From positions 903,284 through 967,283 of the forward strand of contig OZ199840.1 of the NCBI GenBank assembly GCA_964304625.1: a stretch of 64,000 bases of DNA. Direction: 5' to 3'. The number at the start of each line of letters is the position of its first letter. Position 1 is the first letter of the stretch. Below, piece by piece: positions 40,575-54,018 of this stretch. Origin of the DNA: Kudoa neothunni. Taxonomy: Eukaryota > Animalia > Cnidaria. Below the pieces are notes generated by a model. The model was not told where the DNA came from and made no database searches. It worked only from the letters and a program-made list of their open reading frames with translations. The position numbers and the translations under genes are program-made.

Positions 40575-43500
40575 CTAATTTCTATTCTTCCAGTAACCAA
40601 AATAGAATCCTGCTCCAATAACAACAAGAGCTATTGGAACTACAGTAGCAATAATTCTAAAAATCAAAATTAAACAAGACACTACTACTTATTATACATT
40701 GTATTGGTTGATCTAAATAAATTTAAAACTAATATTTACACATCGAAGTTACGTAGATTTGTTGAGGTTTCACCTATTATTTAATTTAAAAAGTTGATAT
40801 ATGTGGTCTTATTTTACCTTTATTAATTTTTTCAAGCCCAAATACATTACTTTGGACACTATGGTATACTACCAACTGATAATTACTCGTGTCTTCAACA
40901 TCGGAAATAACGAATTCCCTACAGGGAGGAAATACATCACAACCTTCACCGACTATCATGCATTTCTTAACTATTTGGTTGGATGGGTCGTCCAAATTTA
41001 TTAATTTCCATTTACACAAAGAATTTGGTCTACATCATTCGGTAAAGTCGTTTTCACATTTATAGTTGTATCTTCACGGGTAATTACAATTGTTATTTTT
41101 TTCGTGGGGTTCACATGTGGTGTAGCCGATGGATCTGAAATTAAATATTAATTATTGAATTTAAATATAATTTTTAATCATAGTTTTATTAATATTTAAT
41201 TAAATTTTGAGGTTAATAATATAATAAATTTTACTTTTGGGTATGTGTATTGTAGTTTCAGTAGATCTTCCAACAGCTGTCACTAAAACTCTGTACTCTT
41301 TGTCTGCTTCGTATCCTTCAGTAAATATGATACTACTACAGGAAGGTGGTCCTTCACAAGATGGGATTGTAAGTTTATTAGTTGGTATTACTTTTTTTGA
41401 TGGTTGACCTCTAGATCTAGACACCATAGGTTGTGAGAGAGCTGGTTTGAGATCAGATTCGGCAGTATTTCCTGTCGATTGTGGTGCTGGGCATTCATAC
41501 AACATATCATATGTTCCCCCATTCTTTACTTTTACTTTGTAATGACATACAGCTTCGGCATAAGGTGAAGATAATGTGCCTACTACTTTAAAACCTTTTT
41601 CCAAAAATTGATTTTCTAATTTGAGAGTTGACATTTCTTAACAATTATAATTTAAAGTTAAATCAAAATGGGAAATTTAGTACTCGTCCTTATTTGATGG
41701 ACTTTAGAACCGTGCTCTTTGTGCGCAACAACCTTGAGATCGTAATCTGTTCCAGGAGCCAATCCCACAATATTTTGAGTGTCTCTACAGAATCCTCTGC
41801 ATGGATAACTATCCACACACATTGCACAAACATATACATCCTGTCCGCGAGGACTGAGGTAGTAAGCACATGTGATATCTGTATTCGCAGCATCTGTGTC
41901 AACTTCGAGAGCTTTAATGGAAAGATGGGTATCCCCCAAGGTTGTTGTTGCACCGGGGAAAATATTTTCAGCGGTTGCATCTATATATTATATATTTATT
42001 ATTGGATTTTTAAAATACTTGTTCTGAAGAATATATGCTCTTTAAAATTGTTTGGAACACCATTAGTAGCTGCGTTTGCAGGTGCTTTTATTACAATGAT
42101 ATATGGTTTTCCATTGTCAAGTGAGGATATTGTTAACGCTGAACCACAATCAGTGTTACATCCGCCACTGCCACCTCCACAGTTAGCCCTTGTACCTTCC
42201 GCATCAGCCAAAGAAGGTTCATCTGCAGAATAAATACTTACATTACATGAAGAGAATTTGGTGGTAGTAGATGGTTTGAATAAGCGTGTATCTAGTGTAA
42301 CACCCGTGGCTAAGTATGCCGATAGTAGTTTAGTGGGATTTCCCTCTGCATTTTTTTCATCAATAACCCTATATAAATCTTATTTGAAATATTTAACTTT
42401 CTTATAAACCAAATTTTTTTTGTATGTATCCAAAATATGTAGTTTCACTTTTTTCTATTTGAAAATGTCTGGTTTGTATCAGTATTTCGACAACTGCTTT
42501 TGACGTTTCAAATATAAGCTCCACATTATCACATGGTGCGTAGCAACCTTTATCTTCGCCTCCACCACAATTTGATTTATACTCACTAGAAGCACCACCT
42601 TGAATGGTAGTAGATTCTTGTCTTATACCAAATCGGCAGATTTCAAATGGAAATTTATTAGTGAACTTAAGTAAGTATTTATTTTTCTCGTTATGATTAT
42701 ACTTCACATAATATTGTGGTATGTAAACGTCGGTATTCATCAAAGTATAATTATTTTGAAGTTTATAATAGAATGATGGATATCCCACGCATTTCATTTT
42801 CATAATGTGGGATCATCAAATCAAATTCTACTTCATTATTATTAACACTTCCTGTAACACAATTAGCTCCGGCGGTTCCTGCAACGTATTGTACATCCTT
42901 ATAGAAAATGGGGCAATCAACTTTCTTACATGTTGTCGTACTCAACTTCAATTTACTTTCATTTGTTGATATTTTCACTTGTGGATTTACCAACAAACCT
43001 ATAAACTTATATAGAAAAATTTTTTAATTCACCTAATTACGAATTTCTAGCGCAAAAATTGTTTTAGCTTTTGTTTGTTCAGAAGCAACTTGAGCATTAT
43101 TTCCCATTAAAATTTCAACATATTTTGTCCTTGGGGAGAATTTATCGTATGTGAGTTTATTATCAATTTTTGTGCAGGTAATGACGCATTTTCCACTAAC
43201 CGGCGAATTGCCAGTTTCGGAGCATTGATCAATTTCTACATAATTTTCCCCATTGTCGTTTGACCTTTGGATATACAATAGTTGGAATCGGAAATTCACC
43301 TCCACTTAATGCTAAATGAACTTTCATTTTGTTGTCATGTTTCACAATCTTGTATGTGAGGGATTCTGGTTCAGCTTTCTTAACTTGAACATGATTTTCA
43401 GTTTGAGTTTGTTGTTGTGGCTGTTGAGGTGTAGATTGTTGCTTAGTTTGAGCTAGAATTTGGGTTGCTTCTTCTAGAGCGGTTTTCGCTATATTATATT

Positions 43501-43577
43501 GAAATATATGTTAACTATTAGAAATAATTACAAATAATTGTAATAATTATTCCTAATAAAAAGAGGAACCCTTTCAT
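40575..43577 (-). CDS. Array copy 4: Cys-rich FN3-like type I membrane protein; several apparent single-base indels
   Basis: Same 10-exon layout, signal peptide and TM/tail. Frameshifts near 43283, 42798, 41024 and in the 22-nt microexon. Confidence 0.78.
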
Positions 43578-44343
43578 TTTGATTTAAATTATCAAAAAAC
43601 GGATATTAACGTTTGATTCATAAAGAACAATACAATGAATGTATAGAAATTTAATAATACTGTCGTATCTATTATTAATATAATTTTACCAAATTGTTTA
43701 TCCTAGATTACATTTGCTATTAACATTGGATAAATATCCTTTATCAAAAACTACTAACAACAACAAAATATATCGATATTATTACAAAACTTAAAAATAT
43801 TATTAATTAAAAAACTTTTGAGCGTATTTAATTTTAAATTAATTAAAGATCCTTATTAAAAAATAAACAAATAATTTTAATTTTAATAATTTCTCTATCG
43901 TATATAAAAAAATTATTACCATAGACTTTAATAATTTCTTTATAATTCAAACAGATTATTAATTTCAACTTAATTATTGTCTTCATGTTTCAATCCATCA
44001 ACCCAAGTTATAACGATTTTTATGTCTATTCATATTATTTCAGCAACTCCATTACTTTCCCTAATTGACAGTGATATCTTCCTTTTTTTCATAATAATTA
44101 ATTATAAATTTTTCGCATATATTCCCCTACAAAAATTCAAAATAAAAATTTATTATTAAATTAGATAAAATATGTTCATTAAACTTCAAATTTAATTTTT
44201 TAATTTAACAAATAAAAATTAATATAGATTTTCAAATTAATTTAGAAAATTTAATTTTTGCAGAGCATTTTCAAATTGTTGGATTAAAGAGAAAAATACT
44301 CGTGTATATTAATATGACTTATAAAATATTCAACCACTATCTA

Positions 44344-46518
44344 TTATTGGAAAAGCAGTTTGACCACACTATCTACATCTAACTTTTTAATGTCTGAGTA
44401 GGTTGGCCGATTCCCACAAACATAATCGGTTTTCCGGAAGTGTACGTCATAGAAATAGCGGCTCCGACTTTGTCATCGATAGTGTCGAACTTGGTGAGAA
44501 CAATACCATCAATTAATGTGGATTATTGTTACAAGCATAATCTTTGAGTGAACTGTTGAATTTCTTTAATTGGTCAACTCCATCGTTACCAACTAACGCT
44601 TCGCCAACAAAGAGTACCAAATCGGGGGAGTTGATGTGTATCAACTATTAACAAATTTAGTCAAATGTTAAAAAAACGTTTTTAAATTAATCCGCAAATA
44701 TACTTTCGCCAACGATCGCATTAATGGTTCATTATCTTGCATTCGACCAGCAGTGTCAATTAAACAACATCTTGTTTAATTTTTTAGCTACAAAATAAAT
44801 TCAGATCATCAACCACTCTTATAGATTATAAGCATACCTTGAGAAATAGCCTCTTTAGCAACCATAGATGCATCTTTATTGTAACCTTTGTCATAGAGGG
44901 AGATAATCTGGTCAGTTTGCTGACCGTTTTTTCTCTCATTCACCGAAGTGGAGGAGATGATGTGATTAAGACGAGTCACATGAGTTCTGAGTTGTTCCAC
45001 AGCTCCGGATCGGAATGTATCACAGGCAGCTATCATAAGGTGGAAATTTTTGTTAACCACAAGGTAATGAGATATTTGGCGAGATTGGTGGATTTTCCAA
45101 CTCCGTTAACTCCACACATTACAATCACATAAGGACGTTGAAAATTTTTATTGACATTTTCAACCGCGGTCAACAAATCGAAATCGTTTGACGGAATAAG
45201 CACTTTTTGAATAGACTTCTACCATGGCACTTTTAACCGTGCTTTTCAACACTACAATAATTCATAGAAATTTTTAATAAATTTAAATCAACTGATTAAA
45301 TATACGCTCAAAGGTTCCTAATGTTTTCCCGATTAATTTATTTGTCACTGACACACAAATATTATCAGCAATATCGGAAGCAACATTTTTATCTGAATGA
45401 AATTATAATAGTAGAAGAGTGAATGAGAAAATTTCTCACCACAAAGATGATGTTTCATAGAAGTCATTATCGATTCGAGGTTGTCACTAGTGATTTGTCT
45501 GGCTCCAACAAGTCCTTTAAAATAGTCGAAAAATTTGGGTGAGCTGTTTTTGTTGTTGATTGGATTTTTTCGAAGTGATCGATTCATAGAGGGTCTTTGA
45601 CAATTCGGTCTATGTGGGAATAGTTAGTTTACTGAGGAGATTATAGTAAACCAGCAATTACACTACTCAACGTTTCAATTTCTTTTTTGGTTAAAACCCA
45701 AGTTTCTATCGGATGAACCAGATGAAGGTTTCTCATTACTGAAATCCAACGCATCCATCAACGACGAATCTTCCATATTTTTCGGTGAAAATTCATCATC
45801 CCAAACTCGAGCTGTTTTAGTTTTAGGTTTTTTGGAAGCTTTAGTATTACTTTTTCTATTTTCGAAATCAAAATGAATTCGACGCAATCTGAAAAATCTA
45901 CGTATTCTTAATGTGAGGTTTGGTTGGCGATTTGGTGTCGGGTGAATCACTTTTTTTATCTTCTGATACTTTCTGGATAGTAACTGGTTCAGGCTCTTTG
46001 TCGATTGTTTTTTTGGAGAGATTAGTTGGATCATTTTGTAATCGATACCTCAGGATAACATCGAAATCGTTGGAAAACTCCAAACTTTTCCATAAAAATA
46101 ATCGACATTTTCAGGATTGTATCCATAACTATCTAGTTTATTTTCGAATGCCTTATCAACATCGCTCAACAAATCTTTAACGTAGCAAAGACTGAATCCA
46201 CGATAATATCCTGCCTAAATACAATCTATGTATACACCAAAAATTATCAAATGAAAATTTTCTACCACATATATCACGTTCCACCGATTGTTTTACAAGA
46301 TATTCCATTTGAATATTTTCGTGGACATATTTTTGTGTACCCAAACGCTCCTAGAATAATAAAAAATTAAATATGTAGAGGAGAAATTCGGTAATTCAAC
46401 CTCCACGAAAACATCACACAAAAGTTTGTTGATAAAAGGAAGATGGTCGCGTTGTGTATTTTTGAATATACCACAAAATTAATCCCCCCTTAGTGAGAAT
46501 TGAGAAAAAATCTAGCAT
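44344..46518 (-). CDS. SRPRA: Signal recognition particle receptor subunit alpha (multi-exon)
   Basis: N-terminus [16 protein letters not shown]. GTPase motifs [57 protein letters not shown] and [27 protein letters not shown]. Several homopolymer indels. Confidence 0.95.
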
Positions 46519-47848
46519 TTTCTTCAGTTAAAAATATATGTTTATTAACACTAAGTTTCTGTTTTTTCCAATTGATCAACAAGATACAAAGATGCGATCG
46601 ATAAATCACACTGAGATTAGTCAGCAGGCTGCGGGCGCATGTTGCGCAGATATTAAAGATTACTGATAACCAGGCTATTTTTTTAGTCTCTCATGGTCAA
46701 AATTTGGCGTTTCTGTTGTTTGCATTTATAATATAATTGTTAATTTTAGCGTTTGTTCAAATATTTTTGTTTTTTAATTATCCTTTGAAAATAATTGTTG
46801 ATTAATTTAATTAAAGAAAATGACATTATGTACACATTTTAAACAAAAATTTTTAATTTATGAAAAGACTGATATTTGATTAAGCTTAATTGGATATTAT
46901 TAGATTGTAATATTTGAATATATGTACAATTAATTTTAAACTATTATATTTGAAAAATTCATTTATTATGTAAATTATAAAATATAATAATTGTTCTGAA
47001 GATTAATTATACTTAATCCGAATTAATTTATGAAGATTGATAATGATAAAATTTTTACGTTGAAATTAATATACGTATAGATATAAAATTTGTATAATAT
47101 TATAAAAGTATTTTGTGGCTCAGACTCGAGTCATAAAAACTCTGGAGTTGTTATAAATGGAACAATAAGTTAGCGCATGCTCATAAACCTAAATAAACAT
47201 TTTGCTGTTATAAATGGCAATATTCTTGTATTTTCTCAAAGTATTGTTTGTAATCAATAGAATTTAATTTCTTTTAGTAAATAGAATATTTATAAATTTT
47301 AATTGAATTGAATTGAATTAACAAGAAAGGAATTCTAAATGATTCGTTATGAGTAGAGTTATTTTTTTATTATTTGCAGAACAAATAAAACAAGTGGATA
47401 GTAGAAAATTCATGATGAGAATTTTTAAAACGTTTACGTATTAGAGTTAGATAAAATTACTTAGAGCATCTTTATCAGCAGGATAATTATGCAATATTTG
47501 TAAACATTATGTTATGATTAATTTTTAAAAATTCTGTTTCTAATTGGCTAAATTAAAATAATATTTAAATGTAATCTAATAATTGATTCCATTTACATTT
47601 GATAAAAATAATTTCATTCATTCATTGAGAAATTTTCAAATGTCATCGATAAAGAGTTGACAGAAATTTCTCATTATGTTTATTTTGATCTATATCTCTC
47701 AATCTATATAAAATAATGAATGTAATTTTAATAGATTTTTTAATATGGTAAATATTATGTTAAATTATTAATGAGCCTTTAGACTTTTATTGTTTATATT
47801 ATATGAATAAAATTTAGATAATACAGTAAGAAATTAAATTCACTTACT

Positions 47849-47872
47849 TGCGTGCGTGCGTGCGTGCGTGCG
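47849..47872. repeat. (TGCG)6 microsatellite
   Basis: Read directly from the sequence. Confidence 0.9.
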
Positions 47873-47999
47873 TAATTATTTCAGAAAAAATTGACATTTA
47901 ATATTGATTAAGTTGCGTTTAAAAAGGTCAGTTAACTATAAATTAATTTTTAACAGATAATTAAAACTCTATAAATGTATTAACCGCAAAAAACTATTT

Positions 48000-48560
48000 T
48001 TCAACGATCTATGAAATACTCCCATTGTTGCTATCGGTAGAATAAGGCAGTTTCGTCTACATTGTAAATAAAATTATCAGAGTATCTTTCAAAAAGATGT
48101 TCTGATTTGATTGGTCTACTATGAAATAGTTTCTGTCGCAGCATCAATTAATTAGTTAATAAAATTCGATTTTTAACCATTTTAAAATCAACGAAACCCT
48201 CTACAAGTTCTAAATCAAAATAGATCTTTTTCTTGGGATAATTAATTTCTCGTGATAATTATCGTTAGGACATTTTTTACAATGTTATTGCTTCGTGTCC
48301 ACTCATATACATCTTAATCAACTGAATTATATTGTCCTGCATGCAAATAATTTATGTTTTCAGATTCTAAAAACATTTCTAGGTTTTGCTTATTTTATTT
48401 TTCATTCCTAAGATGCTTTTACGAGTCGAGATAATAAATCTTTTAAAATTTGATGCAGTGACCATTTTTGAATTATTAGATGGAAGACTTATATAAAAAT
48501 TAGCAATATTGTACTTTTCGTTAAGAGATATAGTTTCTGGAAGTTTTCGACATTAAATAT
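48000..48560 (-). mobile_element. Tigger/pogo-like transposase fossil fragment; boundaries approximate
   Basis: Minus-strand FIYNVDETALFYR at ~48034-48075 matches the first catalytic motif of pogo/Tigger transposases. Confidence 0.55.
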
Positions 48561-50779
48561 TGACATAATTAAATAATGAAAAAGAAGTACCCCCCAAAAA
48601 ATGGGTGAAATTGGAAAATCACGTGACTTTTAGTTCTACTTTTTAACATTATTTCTGTAAAAATTTTGATTGAAATATTATAAGAAACATATTATATACT
48701 CAATGACTAATCAATATTCTGACTAAATAGGTTTTTAAATAGTGCGTGAAATTGGTTACTTATTGTATTTATAACGTTTAATCGTTATTACCTTAAAATA
48801 CCCATACCCATAGGTTTGTTTCATGATGTTATTCATACTAAATTAGGAACTTGCAAGTATTCCTTTAAGTTTATTTGGTAATTGTGTACTTTCTACATCA
48901 AAAATTCCTCATCATCACGTATGTTATTTTGTGTATTTTATACAATTCTATTTTTATGTCAAAAATAATACAGAACTATTCGTATCAAATTAAAGTATTT
49001 ATAATTAACTATCTATAGTTTTGGTGTTATTATCTAACGTTCGACTAATAGGTTTAATTAAGAAATAATCATTACTTGATTTTATTGGAGAATATTTCTT
49101 TTCCGATATTTCCATCTTATAAATTTTGTATTATATTTCATATTACTCATTGAAAAAATATAGTATTAATTAATAATTTTTCTGCAAAAAAACAATTTTA
49201 TTAACCACGTCCTCACTAAAATTAATTCGTATTTGAATACCGAATCTTCACCTTTTTTTTCAAATTATTTATTATTAATATTAATTGTCTCAATTATCGT
49301 AAAATCTAAATTTAATAAAAATTACTGAAATGTTTCGTTAATTTACGGAATGTAAACCTGTATACTTGAAGGCTGTAATGAATTATATTAAATACACTTT
49401 AATGAAAATAAATTATATTGTTTGATTTATTAGTTCTGGGTGTAAATTAGTAATATATTTTAGTTTTTATTTTCAATGAACATATAAAATATATGTTCAT
49501 TTATAGAAAGTTAATGGATTATATAAACTTTGTTTATTATAAATTAAAAAATTATTGTAATATTCAAATTATTTAATAAAATACTTAGCTTTTCATATAG
49601 TTGATTTACGTAGGTGTATTTGAAACCTTATGTAATTATGAAAATTAAAATATTAAATGAATCAACTAAAGACACACAATAAACCTCAAATGAGAATAAA
49701 AATAGAAAAATACTCTTGGATCACACAGATTTTGGAAACGACTGAGGTTATTGGCACAGTGTATTTTAATCCAAGAAACTCTTAATCGCAAGTTATATAC
49801 AGATGTAATCATTGTTGACCCATATGAGCGAAGCGTCGGGGAAGAAATAATTAAATATAATCAAAACAAATAACACCCGACTGTTATTTATTCTACAATT
49901 AGCTACCATTTAAAAATAAATAATTAATTTTAAAACTAAAATTTTTGATAATATCGAAAAACAAACTGTAAAGAATAAACAAAAATAGTTTCACGCATGC
50001 GTATTAAATAATCCGCTGAGAGTGAATGTGAGAAAAATCACTAAATCCACATATCGGAGAGATTTGTGTTAAGCAAATTAATGTAAATTTTTGAAATTCT
50101 TATATTTAAAATTCTCACAAATTTTCTAATTAACTTTACTATTTTTAGCCTATGAACAAAATTCACGCATGTATCTACTAAGAATGTGCAAAAGATTTGA
50201 TATCTTCTGAAATATCTGACGATGTCACATATTTCACACATTAAATATCATCCAGTGTGAACATTTAGGAAAACAACCTGCTTGTTATTTATCCACATAC
50301 GCTATAATAACAAACCCCTTTAATGCGCGAGTGTTCGATACGAGTGGTGTATGATAGAAATAATTCCATATTACAGCCACTAAGGTTAATATATCAAATT
50401 AATATGATATTAATTAGGCTTATGAAAATCTTTTTTTCAAAGATAATCAAATTAAAACCTTAACAAACAATATCTAAGTTTCATTTTTGCCAATTCGCTA
50501 ATCCTCAGTTCTCTTAAGTTAATCTCCTATTTTATAAATAAATAGATTTCTCTCCAATAAATGGATAATTCCAAAATTCCTTATTTTTCAAACAAACAAA
50601 CCAATGAAATAAACAAAAAAAATAGATAAATGAGATGAATGAGATGAATCAACCAGATAAAATACTCTATCGAGAAGAGATTGACAATCTGGCCAAGGAG
50701 TTGTGGCATATACGCAAGCACGCATTAGTACTATCTAAACAAAATCTTCAACACATAATCTCATTTTATATCAGCCAAA

Positions 50780-52615
50780 ATGGGGTCTAGAGAAATTGAT
50801 ATTTTTGTTGTAGGTTCATGCAATGTTGATCTAGTATCGTATGTTGTGAGAGTGGTCGAATAAGCATAAATTAACCTATTGATAGATACACCGATAGAAT
50901 GCCCAAACCAGGTGAAACTGTGACTGGAAATGGTTTTATGATGGCGAATGGAGGAAAAGGTGGAAACCAAGCTGCAATGGTGGGTCGATTAGGAGGAAAA
51001 GTTGCCATGTTGGCCAGAGTTGGAGATGATCACTTTGGGCTTGTGTACAAAGAAAGACTTCAAAACTATGGCGTGGATGTGGAATCGATTTTAGTGACCT
51101 CGGAGGTTCACACAGGAGTGGCCACAATCCTAGTATCGAAGTCGACTGGTGAAAATCAAATAGTATTGGCTGGTGGAGCCAACGATTTGTTGAGTGTGGA
51201 AGATTTGGATAGACTTATGCCTGAAATTGTTCCTCGATGCAAGATTGTGGTGGTTCAACTTGAGGTGAAACGTGAAGTTACCCTCCATGCATTGAAGTTA
51301 GCTAAGAAATATGGAGGTACTTCATTAAATATTATCGTCACCATTACTACTTGATGATGATTTCTATTTAGCGATAACCGTATTCAACACTGCTCCAGCA
51401 TTTCCTGATCTCGATCCGGAATTTTTTAACCACACTGACGTTATTTGTTTCAACCAATCAGAGGGAGAAATTCTCACCGGAATGTCAATAGACCATAATG
51501 ACACCATACAAAGTATGCGGATGATCAACAAAGTTCTCGATTTTGGTTGCAAGGCGGCCGTTTTCACTCAAGGAAAAAATGGTGCCGCCCTAATGTACGC
51601 GTCGAATCGGGAATTGCAATATCATTTGTGTAGTAGTCATCCGGTTAAGAAAGTTGTTGACACTACTGTAAGTATAAATAGATATTCCTCAATATTGGTT
51701 GTATTTGCCTGCCTTAATCTTTAATCTTTAATATGTGGTATTTGTTATCTTGTTAATTTTATATCAAGTTTTAAATGGAATTTTCTCTCAGAAAAATAAT
51801 AATTGGTTAGTTTAGAATTTAATTTCGACTTTAATTTTTCCACATTATTAATTTTTTTAATTAGACTTAATAAAGAATGATATTTATAATTCAATAAAAA
51901 ATATACCAAGATCAATTATCAATTTAATTAATTAAATTATTTATTTTTAATTTAATTAAATATTTAATTACATTAACACATTAAACTTATATTTTCATAA
52001 TATATTTGTTAACATTTTTGATATTAAAAACATTTATCGATATTATTTAATATTTTTGAAAATAAGTAATTATATAAAAAAGAACATAAATGGATTCTAT
52101 TTTATAATTTATATCTATACTATATATTAAACTGTAATTAAATATTGATCACTATGAAATCAAATAATTGATTAAAACCTCATTTCTATGCTAAATACCT
52201 AAATATGTTACGATTATAATATCAACAATAGATACAAACGTAATATTTTAACTAATTTATAATGCATTAAATTAAAAAAAATAACTAAGTTAAATAAATA
52301 AATGAATGAATGAAACAGAAATGTGATAATTAATTGAAATAAAAAAATTTTAATCCAATAGGCCAAATTTCGGTGATTTTTATTAAATTTTTTTGTGTAT
52401 AGGGAGCTGGAGATTGTTTGATTGGCTGTATGGTTTACTTCATGGCCCAAAATATTAATAATAAAAACCTTCCAATTGAAAAGATACTTACACCTTCGGT
52501 TGTACAAAAATCCACAAATATAGCCACATTGAGTGTACAAAAGATTGGCGCTCAATCTAGTTACCCTTCGTTCGAAGAGATTCCCCCTGAATATCTTACA
52601 TGCACCAACACCTGA
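50780..52615 (+). CDS. RBKS: Ribokinase (PfkB family), 4 exons
   Basis: Exons 50780-50838, 50886-51316, 51372-51668, 52403-52615. Motifs VVGSCNVDLV, PKPGETV, GGKGGNQA, VGDDHFG, NTAPA, NQSE and DTTGAGDC. Confidence 0.95.
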
Positions 52616-52729
52616 GAAAATACCACAAAATTTCAATAAAAACTTTTACTATACCTTGTGATTAAAATTGAGTCCATTTAATTCTGTCGTACTGTGTGCG
52701 AAAAAATTACGCGTGTGTGTGCGGGTGCC

Positions 52730-54018
52730 GAGGGGGTCCATTTGTGATCCCCTTATAAACCGGTCTTAACCGCCATCAATTGTTACGAAATTAACGTAAT
52801 GTTATTGAAAGACATTATAAGTATAAACAAAATCTAGTTCTCTCCCTCCGTTAATTTAAAATGCAGATACGAGGTCAAGATGAACTTATTGTAATAAAGT
52901 TGGCGCAAAAATTTCAGCACTAAAGGTTTCAAAGATGTCTAAAATTAAATAAAAATCTAATTTATTAGATTAGGTTAAAAAAAATAATTGACGATGATGA
53001 AACGCGGGCCAAACTAGGCGCTGTTCTGTAGAATTTATCGAACTTTTTGGGAGGTAGGAAATGCAGCCGCGCTTGCAGTTTACTTTAAGATTTCAGAGAA
53101 ATCGATGTTTGAAAGGCTCACATTGTTTTAATTTGTCCAAAAGTAAAATAAAAAAATTATAAAATATGCCCTGCTTAGTAATTTATTTATATTTTTAAAT
53201 GCTGTATTCCTTTTTGTTTTTATGAATTATTTTTTAATTTGTTTGCATATTTAAAAGTTAGTATGGTTACATTAAAGAGTTTTTTTTAAAATATTTTGAA
53301 ATCCATATTTGTATAACTGTCTGAACATACGTTTAACACTCCTATGCGAATAATTCGTATCACATATTGCCTTAATTACAATTATATACGCAATAAAAAT
53401 AATAATGGCCATTATTTCTGAGTATTTTTAAAATCTGTTGATAGATCCTACTGCTTATTTTAATAAATTTGCAATAGAATAATCATTTTCCAAATACTTT
53501 ATATTCCAGAAATTTATATTACATTGTATAAAAATTGTGGAATCCCCAGATGGTTCACAAGGATTCTAATAGTTAAATTGCATACGGCGAATCATGTAAT
53601 AATTTATTGCCGACAAACAGAGATCCTTTAGAAAAACAAGAGTCCACCAGTCAAGCGCGGTACGGATCAGTTCTCGCTAATCACCTATTAAGTAGAAATG
53701 TATATAAATATTACATATATATGGTTTTAAAATAAATTAAACAACATTTGTAAGTATAACGTGAACAAAATAAATTAATATGTATATAATGTACAATTTT
53801 TCTTGAGATTGTATGGGAATAAATGTTCAGATCATGAAATAAATATGATCTCCAAGACGTATTTTTTAAATTAGAAAACAAATTATAGTTTTAATAAAAC
53901 TCTTTAACCTTATATAGGCATTCCTGGAACAGTTAAGAAATCAAATGTTTACTTTCAGAGTAATACGAAAAATAATGAAATCGGGGTCCCTAATAGACCC
54001 CAATTTTGACAAGGAGGG
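52730..54018. mobile_element. Possible piggyBac-derived remnant; only the right end is clear
   Basis: ...GACAAGGAGGG|TTAA at 54018. GGGGTC-N-GA(T/C)CCCC hairpin motifs at ~52733 and ~53983. No matching left TIR or clear ORF. Confidence 0.3.

Noticed and set aside
41628-42233. 201-aa plus-strand ORF and similar antisense ORFs (10970, 16767, 17528, 32501, 45920)
   Set aside because: They are shadows of minus-strand exons and are not conserved as full ORFs between paralogs.
46600-46730. GC-richer patch upstream of SRPRA as a possible snRNA or SL RNA
   Set aside because: No recognisable snRNA, tRNA or SL sequence or convincing fold; more simply explained as promoter sequence.
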